DNA of 64,000 nt from Raillietiella orientalis. Its lineage: Eukaryota. Location of the stretch: NCBI GenBank assembly GCA_036172245.1, contig JAYWIR010000031.1:248001-312000 (forward strand), in the 5' to 3' direction. Of the stretch, positions 47,401-59,579 are shown piece after piece. Made by a program: the position numbers and the translations under genes. The notes beneath the pieces are model-generated. The model searched no databases. It worked only from the letters and a program-made list of their open reading frames with translations, and had not been told where the DNA came from. Position 1 is the first letter of the stretch. Each line of letters opens with the position of its first letter.

Positions 47401-49353
47401 ATTCAAGGGGAAGGCAATGAAATCGACCGTAGTTGGGGATTCTTTATTTACCTCCGAGGACGTTTATGTAGTGTAAGAGCACGCACAAATTACAGGCATT
47501 GCTTCCCATTGGTTCTTCGATTTAACGAAACAGTCCTGAGCACAATTCGTTTTAATAACTGAGGAGTGTTGCTGAGGCAGAGTGATAGTTTATCACTGTT
47601 CCTGCGTGCAGCAGTGAATTTCAAACAGGATCAAAGCGAAAAGCACGTGCTCGTTACAGAATGCAGATCCGCTCTCCATGACAACGACAAATAAACGATC
47701 GTTGATTCGATGTTTTCTGGACTGCCGTTCATCTTCATTTTTTTCCCTTTCGGATCAATCAATGGCATGGAAACCGAACAGGGAAATTCTGAACTGAAAT
47801 TGTAACTTACAAAGCGGAACGCTGCGCGAGGACTTTTTGTTCCTGAAGTGATCACAAACTGATCTTTTTTCCGCTGCAAGGAATTCTTCCTTCGAGAGAC
47901 CGCCGCAGTCGGAAATTCACATGCAATTCTTTTAATGGTGTTCCTACAGTCGCAAAATCGGACGGGAAGGAGGAATGCCCTAATGATCTGATTTTCAAAT
48001 GAAAACGGGGGGGGGGGGGAAGGAAATCCCTCCTAGAAACCTCCGACTAAGAGGTACTTTTGACTTTTACGAAGAGAGATTAACTTTTCATTTCACTTTC
48101 GGTGCCGTTTGAGTTCAGGAAAAACAATTCTGCTGCATCTGCCGAATTGATGAAAGACATACACACCAGTAACGAAATTTAATCCGCGTACTTCGCAGTA
48201 CCTGCGGACTATTGTACACGAATTTTCGTGAAAGGCTAATCCATGCGCGATCCAGGATAGGACTCGACAACTCGCCGACTTGAGAGGGAAAGGATGAAAA
48301 CATTCTGCTGGCAGCGACGCGACGGTTTCGGATGGAGAACATTACCACAGCTTCTATGGGACGTCGATTTCCGTGGCTTTGTTTCACTTTCATCCCCCAA
48401 CGGACCGACAGATAAAATCGGAATAATAATAATGCAAGGCATTCCGGCACGGAACTTTCATGAACTTGGCATTCAGATATTCAAAAGTTGTTCGTATCGG
48501 TCTCGCATGCTTTTTTGTTTCCCCCTCTTCGTATCTCATTCATTGTGTAAGCAGAACATATGGAGGAGGCAGCAAACCTCGTCGACACGCGCGCGGGCAC
48601 AAAACGCACCACGTCTGCAGCAGCGGAATCGTTCCTCTGCTGCAGGAAGCCGTGAAAGCTGTCGGGATATCCACGAAACACGAGAGGAAGAAGAAGAAGA
48701 GGAGGAAAAATATCGCAGCAGCTTCGCGAGCTTCCATTATGCACCGCAAGCGATACAACAGAAATTTCGTAATCGGAATACATACGCACGCCTGCCGGCC
48801 GCTAACTGCAACTCCGCATCAATACCATGGAAAAAAAACACAATCTCGTCGCGCACATTCCGTTCCTTTTCTCTCTTCCTTTTACAGCTTATTGCTTTCA
48901 GCAGTTTACGTAAACAAACCAAAGTGCTCTTCTCGACACGGTGCTCCTGTACCGTGCCTAGGTGTGGTCATTCGACATGCAAAAACTCAAAATGCACTGA
49001 AATGTTCCGACACTTCGAAGGCAGAAAAAACTGGACCTATTCACTTGCACACCAACATCATGGACGAGTCGGAAACATCCCAAACACCACCTGAAAGCCT
49101 TGGATGCTGGTAGAACGGGAAGATAAAGCAAAGATCGAAACCAACGGCGGATGGCACCGAACGGGTGGTGCACCCATCGGAAGTGTTCAACGGCATCGAC
49201 AAAGAGAACGAAAGAAGAAAGTCAGTCCTCTCGATTTTGGGCTCGAAGTTAACACTTCGGCGAAGAGCTGTATGCTAAGCTACGAAATCACGTTAAAAAA
49301 GCATCCCCTACGAAGATTCTGAAAAAAAAAAATAAAACGAACGAACCAAGAAG

Positions 49354-49381
49354 CACATACATACATACACACACACACACG

Positions 49382-49422
<41 letters not shown>

Positions 49423-49482
49423 GTACGTACGCATATACATACATCCTCACATATGCATGCACCCACATACATACATGTACAT
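49354..49482. repeat. Compound microsatellite (CATA)n(CA)n(TA)n
   Basis: Directly visible. Confidence 0.95.
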
Positions 49483-50249
49483 ATCTGCACAGATTTTCAG
49501 AAACGGCAAATGCTCACCTGCTCCAAAGAGTAGGGTAACGAATTTTCGAGAAGACCCTAATACTGCGTCGATCAGTTTTGAATGTTAAAACGAATAGAAG
49601 CAAATCAACACGGCGGTTCGCAAAGACTGGTCGCACCTTTCCCGCAATGCACTGGAGCGAGCATAAGACTTGCCACACGACCTCCGACTGGATTCCCTAC
49701 ACGACATGCAAAACCGTGTTCGCATACTCGCATCCACTGAAGAACTCGGATTGCATCGCTATCAGCATCGCCAGGAGTGCATTGCATAGACAGGAGAAGA
49801 CAGCACATGCGTTTGCTCAGCTTTCTAGGAGCGAGTTGGCTCCTGCGCATGTACAGGGAGCACTGCTGCCGCCTCAGACAAGACGGAGAGGCGAAGAGAA
49901 AAATTAATCAGCAGTCTCCGTTTCCCCCCCCCCCCCTTCCCTCTCTTCTTCTTCTTTTTCTTCTTCTTCTCCCTCCCTCCCCCTCCCTTCTCTGGTTTCT
50001 TTCCGCTTTGTATGCACATATCAATGAGCAACCAATTTTTGAATTACATGAACATATCAATGAACATATTTGTTTTTTCCTTTTTTTGCCATTAACGTCG
50101 TCCTCGGCGTCAGAGAATTACACAGCGATGCTAAAAGAGGGAGGGGAAGGGAGGAAAAGAAACGTGCAGATGTAGGAAGACGTGCCAGACAAAAGGAACA
50201 ACGAACACAGAGCGAGCTGGTAAGGGTCAGAAGAATTGGACGGAGCGAA

Positions 50250-50520
50250 GGAAACTGATTTTTCTTTGAAAAAAATACCAGACAGAGACGATTCTGCCAT
50301 CACAAAGCTTTTCGTTTCGTATGCTCCACTCGGAGTATTTCCTTCATACGTGAGGATTCCATAGAACGTTTCGATTCGCCCCTTTGGGTGGAAATATCGA
50401 AGCTGATCTTTGCGTTTGAGGTTTCCAAATGGCAGACCTGCAAAAGTGAATCCCAGAGTCCACGTGGAGAACACCTCGCGTTCAGTAAGTGGCTTTGCAA
50501 GGACAGGCAGCATTGGGAAG
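50250..50520 (-). mobile_element. Retrotransposon RT fragment
   Basis: GFTFAGLPFGNL (~Y.F..LPFGL) in ORF 50118..50513. Confidence 0.3.
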
Positions 50521-51899
50521 AACCACCACGTCCTAGCACCGCACGCGCTTTGTCTAACCTTGAACCTGAATCAAGCGAAGCGAGAATCCGGGAATACTCT
50601 GGGATTGATGATAACTATTCAAGGTTTGCAACATACGGGAAGCAAGAATGTGTATCGTCTCAAAAAGAGAGAGAGAGAGAGACTTTTTTCCCTGACTACA
50701 CAAATGCATTTCGGTGGGGAAAAGTTGGAAAAGACTGTTTTTGCAAGCACGAAGTTTTTTCCCTCCTTATGAAGCAACTCTTCTGCAAAAAGTAAGCTGC
50801 AGTTAGGTAATGGCGGCGGCCTAGTTCTCAGCCAGGGGACGCAACAGTTTGCAGGCAACAATGCACGGCTCAGGCCCGATCCCTGTTGACATGTTCGCAT
50901 GGTAACCGTGAAACTCCATTGTTCACAGCGTGCAGCATGCTTTCACGGAAATTTTTGCACGGGGAACCGGGAACGGAAATCCGACACTCTCAGTAGCTAT
51001 TTTATGGACACAGATGCAGTGTGATGCAGTGTCATTACTAGTTTGTGAAAGATAATGAGCAAAATGGTGTTCCTTCTCCACGCCTGATTAGGTTTACATT
51101 ATTTATTTTTCGAGCCTTCTTTTACCAACTCTAAAAAAAAAAGAAGGAGGGGGGGAGGAGGAAAAGGGAAAGAATCGACTCCTAAAGATTCATCCAAAAA
51201 TTCTCTACCATATAAATATTTCGAAGAACGTCAGCAACAACAACAACAAAAAAAAGCAGGATTCGCGCAACGGTAATTACTTTGTTTTTGACCTGCCTTT
51301 AGAAATTGTCTCTTGAGTACAGATGTTGCTTGTAGCTTGTTACAACCTCTGATATCTTCTAGATTGGACAACACACTATTTTTTATGAATTGTGAGCATA
51401 GGTTCGTGCAAACTGCAAACAGCGGCTTTTTCTACAGTATCGATAATAATGGCTTATTTTCTACAAGTGAATCTATATGTTCATGTGGATTAACATGATG
51501 TTTGCATCATAAATCAGTCGTGGAACCAAAACGATGTTTCATCAAGTTTTATTTTGATCATATTAATTCGAACTAATGAGATACTAATTATTATGAATGC
51601 GACATTACCGCATGCAAAGAATCATTAATCTAACACCGGTAAAATGCCTGTTCAAAATTTCAACTTGTTTTTTAATTTCCTTCATGGTATCGCTTTTCAT
51701 TGCTGCATTACTACATTTATGCTGTCATATTATCACTATCCGTGAACACAGGAGAGAGCGAGGAAGTTGCTCCTTGGTGTTAAATTATTCGCAATCTTTA
51801 GGATACATTTTTTTTTTTTCAATGCATCAGTATTAATGCAAAACTACCGTAGTTCCGGGAGTGCAAGAAATACTGGAAGTGATTTGCCAACGTTCATGA

Positions 51900-52500
51900 G
51901 TAAGATCTGCAAGATTTAGTGATTTATGGAAACCAAACTGTTCACGGAATCAGTCAAAATGAGGAAAACTACTTCTCAATGGAATTCTTCTATTCTCTCG
52001 TCAAGCAGACTGGCTATCTGTTCCTCACGTCCCGTAATTCTCTCTGTCATTACTATCGAGCAGCCTTCGATTTTGCGAGGATCGGGACGAGGCTAAGGTT
52101 CCTGAAATTCCTTTTGAAGTTCTGCTTCCCTGTTCAATCTGTGTCGCTCAATAACGCGAAAGTTCCGAACCGGTCAAATTATGAGTTTTCCCCTTCGTTC
52201 GCGTTGGAAATCAGATGTTTTCATGACTGGAAGATCCGGCCACTTGACTCTGTAAGTGCAAAAGGTTTCGATAATGAAGCCTCATCTCGGATGGCTCCCA
52301 GTTGCCGTTCCTGCCGCACTTATAAAACTAGGTCGAAAGTGGCTGACGAGTGAGCTGCCGAAACCACCACAATCACAAGACGCTTCTGGACGCTCATGGC
52401 GATCGGCAAAGACAAGCTTTCCTGCCTTAATCCACATTTAAGATAGACACTGCACTTTGGTAAAACGGGGTGCTTCAATATACTTGACGCGTGTGGATAC
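51900..52500 (-). mobile_element. BEL/Pao RNase H region remnant
   Basis: ILAKSKAAR (~LxxAKSRVAP) followed by LTDSVNSL (~WTDS...L). Confidence 0.45.
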
Positions 52501-53647
52501 GAATTTCGGCGATGAATGCAGCTGATGAAACAGGCGGAAAATGCCCACCTGATTTCTCTTCTCCTTCTCCTTTAATCTGAAGACTCAGCTTTCTCTCTTC
52601 CTTCAGTGTTCTGTTCCGTGTTCGTTACTAAATTTTCGTACGTTCTTATTTTCGATTCATTCACGAAACGCAGAGATCGCATTTCAAAGTCCCTGAATAA
52701 AAACATCATACCTGCACAACCTCTTAAAAGCAATGCAGCAATTAAGGCAAAACTTTGGTGACTACAGACAAAATAATCCTGAAAAGCGAGGATTTGGCCC
52801 CTCCAGAAAATAAATAAAAATACTGAGCTTTTCTCGCAGCGACAAAGAAAAAAAAAAAAAACAGATGGTTGAAATGCATGCTGATGATTTTTTTTTTTTT
52901 TTTGGCCTCATGGGAAACTTTTTTTTGCTTTTTTTTTTTTTTTTTTTACAGTACGCGGAAATACTATTTGTTAGAGCTCTGACTCAATTAGTGAGGATAA
53001 AAGCATTAATTATATCATGCTTCAAAGTTTCGATAATTGCACAAAGATCTCAGGGAAGCTGCATTGCAAAACACCGTACACGTACTATGCGCAGAGGAAT
53101 TCTTGAAGATCCCAAAGGCAAAATTCAGGTGCGGACGAAAAGGCAAATCAGAAAGCGCGAAGGGAAAAACAAGAAAACTGCTTCTGTGGGAGAGAGGGAT
53201 TCCCACAGAAGAGAGAGGGATGCAACACCCGGGAGACAGAGTGGTTCAAAGTTGCTGATTTTGAAGAACCAGGTTGCCGGGAGAGTAAGGAAGGATTCTC
53301 AGCTGAGAGGGATTGCATGTCAGACACTCGAAAGAATGAATTGATGAACAAAATCGCAGGCAGCAATCGATGGAACAAAATAGTGAAAGGGAACCGTGTC
53401 GACACCATGGATATTAACCGTGCTACAGTTTTAAAATATGAACGGGAGACTTCTGGAATTTCTGCTATTTATAGGAGCGGAAGGTTCAGCGTGGGAAAAA
53501 TGTAAGAACATTAAGATTACGACTCTATGAAATGAATGAAGGGAAAGCAAAGTTAACAGAAACAACAAGAACAAAGACAAATGGCAAATACACTTATTTA
53601 CTTTTCCTGATATTCAACCACGTTTCCAATTTTCATTTAAAAAACGT

Positions 53648-53690
53648 TCTCTTATAGAATATAGTCTCTTATAGAATTCTCTTATAGAAT
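53648..53690. repeat. Short tandem repeat, 3 x TCTCTTATAGAAT
   Basis: Directly visible; the first two units are separated by atag. Confidence 0.9.
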
Positions 53691-54399
53691 AAGTCTACTA
53701 TCTGCTTTTATTTTTGTTTTTGCAAAGCAAGAAAAGTAAATAAATACAACAGAGTACATTATGAGTTTTTCAAATCACAAGACAAAGCAGCAATCTTTAT
53801 GGAATATTCAGTTTTCGAAAGTTTTCAAAAGTGAAAGTCTTAACCTCAAATGGAACACTGGAAAGAGGTGAAATAATGGTAAGACTTCTTTTTGTGATGA
53901 CGATGATGATGATGGTGACGATGTGTATGTCTTTTATGAGATTGTTAGAACGTTAGGAAGAATACTACTGAGTTCGCGAGACATGGGCTCAAATCATTTC
54001 GGTAATCGTGTTCATATGTGATTTTGGGTGACGTGCCTACCCTCTTCAACGACGTCAGAGTGTAGGAGACAGCGCCCGCTTATTCCGTAGCGCTGCGTCC
54101 TCTTCGTCCCGGAAAGCACTTTTCAATTATGTGCAGTAATCGGGAGAGAACGGTCACTTTATTTTATATCGGAATTTCTGGGAAGCTGTCCTTTTTGTAC
54201 CAGGGAGTATTCCAGAATCCTTCATTGCAATTACAAAAGGCTCGATTTTCTCTTTTTCTCCCTTTCCCACCCTTCCTCCTCTGCAAATCAGGCCTGAAAG
54301 TATGGTTCTTGATGCGTCAAGCAAACTATTCTAATGGCTGGCTATTTATGAGTCACCTAATTTAGATGAAGCGTTACCACTATTTAAAAAAAGAGGAGC

Positions 54400-57250
54400 T
54401 ACCCATACCCATACCTACGGGCAAAGAGTTCGTCTTCGTAGAATTTAAGGGAGGATGGGAGAATCACGGATAGATGAAACCATAGAATGAAATCGAAGGG
54501 ATCTTTTTGTATGTGCGGAGAGTTCTTGCACAGTATCCTAGGCTGCGACATAATCTTAAGAAAACGTGGAAGTGTAATGCAAAAAGGTAAAGAGAAGACA
54601 ACAAAACAGTAGGTAAGTCGTTCTTTCATGTTGAGGCTGTAAAACTGGTGCGTGATTCAGAAGTTGTTTGCGCGATGCTCCAGAAAGGAGCTTTGATTAA
54701 GGAGCGGATTCTGGCACAACTTTAGGTAAAATCAGATAGGATTCTCTACTGCTAAGTAGGCAAAAGGTGATCTTGAGGGATCATCAAGTCTATAGTAGTT
54801 ATAAATATGACGGTGGAATAATTAGAAACTCTGTGCCTGTCCTCTCAAAAAAGAAGGAATCTGCACAGGAAGAAGTACAAAAGATGAAGTTGGGCAGCAT
54901 TTGCTTTACAGGGGAGAGAAAGACTTCTCCGGTTAATATGGAAAGAACTGCATGTACCAACTTTTTGCAATATAAAACGGAACAGTCGACACAATAAAGT
55001 TACTGAACTGAGATGGAAACTTTGTTCCCACGGATAGCAGCGAGAAGTAACACTTTTTTGGTTTTGAAACATAATGTTCAAAATCGTTCATCGCATAGCA
55101 CATCATTAATGAGGATTAATTTTAGCCAAGATAATGTACAAAACATTCTCAACAAGAACTACTGCTTCAGGCTCCAGTAGTTATCAGATACAAGTTGTAC
55201 ATAGTTCACAGCTATAAAATGCGTTCATGATTTCGACAAAGAATCAGAGAATCATGTAATCAGTCATATACATTCGCACATATGTGTGTGTTCTGAATAT
55301 CTTTTAAAAAAGTCATACTCTGCTGATTGCATTTTTCGATTCGACTTTTTAGGATAAGGAATTATTATTTTTTCCATACAATCAAAGGAGGACTTGGAAC
55401 CTATCGAACAAGCAGACCCGCAATCACTTACTGCTAATGGATTTGGTTCGCCCACTGTTAATCGCATATGTGTGTCTGGACGCAGGCATCTGGTAAACTG
55501 GACCGGCTCATCCGCGCTACACTTAAAATTTCCAATAGGGCTTCGGGGAGTGTGACCTCAGCTTTCGCAACGTTTCTATGAAAGTTACAACCACTGATTT
55601 TCGATAATTTAGAAAAGGCCGTATGAAGTATGAATTTACCTGCCCATGGTAGTAAATTATTCAAGTATTTCATAAACATTTTGGAGGAAATTTTATAAGT
55701 TTTCTGGGTTTGCTTATCCTTTTCTTCCTTTATTAAATAAAGGTCTCATCATTGTTTTTAACTCAGAAAATTCTTCGAGATAATCTGCCGTTGGCAGGTG
55801 CACTTTTGCAGCTCTGGAGCTCCTTGCAATAGTGCCCACTCACTATAACCTATCATTCCGATCGCAAAACAATCAGATAAAAAATCATTTTACCAGATCG
55901 CCGAACTGCAATGCTCAAGACAAACAAGAGGTTTGAAACAAAAAAAGAAAAAAATTCACCTTGTTATCTCTGATGCATAATGAGTAGGAGGTCAAGTAAA
56001 GCGCTATAGAGGCCAAAGAGTGAGTTGCAAAATTTGAAAATGCATATTTCTCACTGGATCGTAATGGTTTTACTTGAAGTGTTTGATTGCCGGAAAGTCT
56101 CAATCGAAGCAAAGCTGCGAAAACTTAATTCAAGAGTTTCGGCTGAGCTGGAACTACAGAGGATCAGTAATAGACTCTACGATACATTTCGAAACAGAAA
56201 TTCATTGCATTCAGGGACCCCTGCCCTCCTAAAAAGAATGACTTAGTGACCTTTTCAATTTGAATTCATTTGGCAGAGTTTGGATCGAGAACTTGGATTC
56301 ATTTTGAATCTGAATCGAGAAAACAAGATCCGTCAGTATGTAGGAGATTTCAAGAATTACCAAAAGGGATAATTCAGAAGTGTGTTTGCAGTATATGAGC
56401 TAGCTGAGTTCAGAATACTTGCTTTTTCCTAAAAGAAAAACGTGAAATAGGCTTTCGAGAGTTCTCCTTGTTGGGTGAACTCGCTTGCTTTGGTTAGATA
56501 GCACACCTTGGGTTCGAGCTTTATGAATTTCTGTTTGCTGTTACTGAAACGAGGAATTGATTAAAAGATGTGCTGACGTATCGAGTATCGCGTATACAGC
56601 GTCTTCTACTAACAATACGTCAATGTGCTATTTACTAAATATGCTGATAATAAAATTGCGCAATACATTATTTCCTTGAGCGCCACATGTTTGTAAAGTG
56701 CTGCTATTCAAATTGAGTTTCAGACACCAAAAGTTTCAGCGGAGGAGAAGTTCTTGCCTCATTCCAAGTTGCGTCACAGAAGATTGCTAGCTCAGAATTT
56801 ATCCTAGCGCAGCGAGGACTGAAATATTCTCAAGCCACTCATCTCGATGCACTCTCCTTCCATAGCAAAAAGGAAGAGAGACTGACTATCACTGCTGCGA
56901 ATCCAGACCCACTACAACGTTCCATTTCCACCATGGATCTCACCAAAAACTTTCTCTGAGAGCAAACTAAGAACGATTGCGTTCTTAGCTTGATTCTCAG
57001 AAACAAAGCTGAGAGCCTACTTCGTTTCAAAAGTGAAGATGGCAGTTTGAAGCACTGAGACGGGTTCCAAGACAGTTCATTGGTCACAGATGGCGTGGAA
57101 AGTTTGGGTCTTCTCGGGTCGCCAATGAGTATCCTCACGACCGTTGATGGCATAACGAAGAACTATCCTGAAGGAGACGAGTTGTGTGTATTCTCGATTG
57201 CACCCGTGGACCACGTTCCAGTACTGGGTGAATGAATGTTCGCTTCGGCG
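54400..57250 (+). mobile_element. Degenerate Ty3/Gypsy pol (PR-RT-RH-IN)
   Basis: SILGCD (protease end); KTFST...SYQIQV..SSQL*NAF (RT FS.LDL.SGY.QI...TAF); SAIEAKE and EVFDCRK (RNase H); AHLG...KDVLTY (integrase zinc finger); correct order. Confidence 0.6.
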
Positions 57251-58099
57251 TAACTTCAGGTTTTCGTCCTTAACCACGGGTTCTTTATCAGAGCGAGGGT
57301 CGTGGTGCGCTCACACCATGCGTCAAAAGCTGAGCTGGAAAAACGAATAGAACTATCTGTGTGTGAGAAAGGGGGGAAGAATACACATTCTCCACGTTTA
57401 TGAGAATGATTCATTTCACATGGGGATAGGCGACTTCTTCATCTAAAGTAGAGTAGAAGAATCTCTGCCCTTATCTCTATCCCAAAGCCCGTTCTTACTT
57501 GGTTAGAACACGAAATCGTTTCCCATTACACTGTCAATGCCCTCTTCTTCCATGTACGATTTTTTTTCACCACATGTACCAGACGTGACTGTGAGAATGG
57601 CAAGTTTAGTAGCTCGAAACGTCAAGTTAGAAGGTTGTCCTTCCGGTTTCTTCTTCATCACAGGAAAGCTCCATTCTCAATCTTTGGCGCTGCGGAGAGT
57701 TCAAGGAGAGGCAGGAAACCAAATCCACCAGGCAATTCAGGTCTCCGAATCTATCAGACTAGAAATCGAAGGCAGTTGCAAAGAGACAAAGAGCCGCAAC
57801 TCTGGTCGGATGTCGCTATGCACTGTTATTGCCGTCAGCGCAGTTTCCACCTTTCGGCTCTGATTTCCATGGCAGCAGCGATGGTCACACTTGGGAGCGC
57901 GTCGAAACCTTTGGATTAATCGATATTGGTGCTGAGTAAAAGGAGCTAAGCTCAATGCACACGGACTTGTGGCGGCGAGCCAAAAACGCGCAGCGAGCAC
58001 TCGGCGTGCAGCATCCCCGCTTTGCACGGAGGCCTCCTGCTTGCGGCGTGTTCGCATTTACACCTATGTGATGATCTGCCTGGAACCTCAGGACGACCC

Positions 58100-59050
58100 G
58101 CCGTCCTCATCACTATTTGCTTCCAGTAATATCGTCTGTCGTGACGAAAGCCTTCGGATGGGCGGGAGCGTTGGATGGCGATCCGTTCGTTGCTTTCAGC
58201 GTCGAGATGCTCGTGGGGAGGCGAAAATATCGAGCGGTTATCACGACCTCCTCCCCCTTCATCGCAGTCCTGCGGAGCGAAAAACGAACTGACATTTGCT
58301 ATGAACATCTGACAAAGCCGAGATCGGTCGCGCGATTTTCGGCAAGCCAAGACGGAAAAATTATCCGTGGATCAGAATTCCTCCTGATAAGCAGATTGCG
58401 CAGAGGAACGGGTGCCACCGTCACAAGCATCTCCCTTTCCGAAACCGATCCGCCCTCCCTTTCGCGTAAACACAGGCATGCAGTTCCTTACTTTTTTCTG
58501 CTTCTTCTGCAGCTTCCACATGGTTCAAGCGCTGGCTTCGCTACACAGAGGGAAAATGGAGAGACCTCGAGACGAGTTTGGTTCACTTCTGCATGTCGCG
58601 CGAGAAACTGCGAGAGAGAACCGTCATTGTTTCCGCCTCATAGGAGCAACGTAACTACCACTTTGATAGTGGTCGCATGCCCGTTGCCGTCACTACGGGT
58701 GTGACCTGAACTACGCGGCGGCGAGACCGACCAATGAACGGAAAATCAAAAGACGGGCGGCGGATATCTCGTGGGCAGCTAGCTCCCTTTATTCTCGGCT
58801 CACGAGTCGTCCCTTCCTCGTGCCTCCGGATAGCGATGCAAACAAAAAGCAGTTTGAAAAGATTTCGCGGACCGTGGCGATATTCAAGAGACGAGTCCCG
58901 GAGTACCACCAGAGTTCGTTTGGATCGGGACCACCTTGCGAACGCTTGCGTGCCTTGCGATCCCATGTGTACATGTGTGCGTACGAGCGCACGTAAGAAG
59001 CAAGAGCGAGGCACGGGTGCGGTGCATGGAATGATGCAACCGCGTAAAAG
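58100..59050 (+). mobile_element. BEL/Pao RNase H region remnant
   Basis: APFILGSRVVP (~L+..KSRVAP) in ORF 58734..59090. Confidence 0.35.
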
Positions 59051-59579
59051 GATGGAGCATTGCGCTGCAAATGCTCCTCTCCTGAGGTAATGCTGCCGCT
59101 CGGCGATCATGGCGGCTTGCTGACACCGTTGTTGCATGGCTCACGCCGAATCGACCCGTTTTCTACTGTCTTGTTCCGCCCTCAAACGAAGCCTCGTAGA
59201 CTCTTCGGCTTGCTGAATTGACGTTCCTCTCCATTAATGGAACCCATGTTTTGGCTGGATAGCTCTTCGCCGCCTGTTCGCTGGAGAAGTCTGATGTGCA
59301 GCAAGGGTAGCATCTTCATCCTAGTTTCCTCCGCACGAGGGGGAAGGAGAGCTAGCTGGGGATGGGGGAGGGAAAAAAAGCGCTCCCTGAGTGTGAAGAG
59401 CCGCTGCTGGCCAAGGAGGAGCTGCCAGGATATCTTAATGAAACGCAAGGCTTGAGATGATCAGCCAGGCTCTCTCCCACGTTGTCTGGGCCTTTCACCA
59501 TAGAAGCAACAGCTCTGGAGTCGGGAGTAGACGATGCTGCTGCTGATGATGATCAGCTTTCTCCCAGAAGAGGTTTCGA

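Noticed and set aside
48294..49113. 266-aa and 217-aa overlapping ORFs upstream of the desaturase
   Set aside because: No recognisable domain; low-complexity GAA repeat and overlapping frames.
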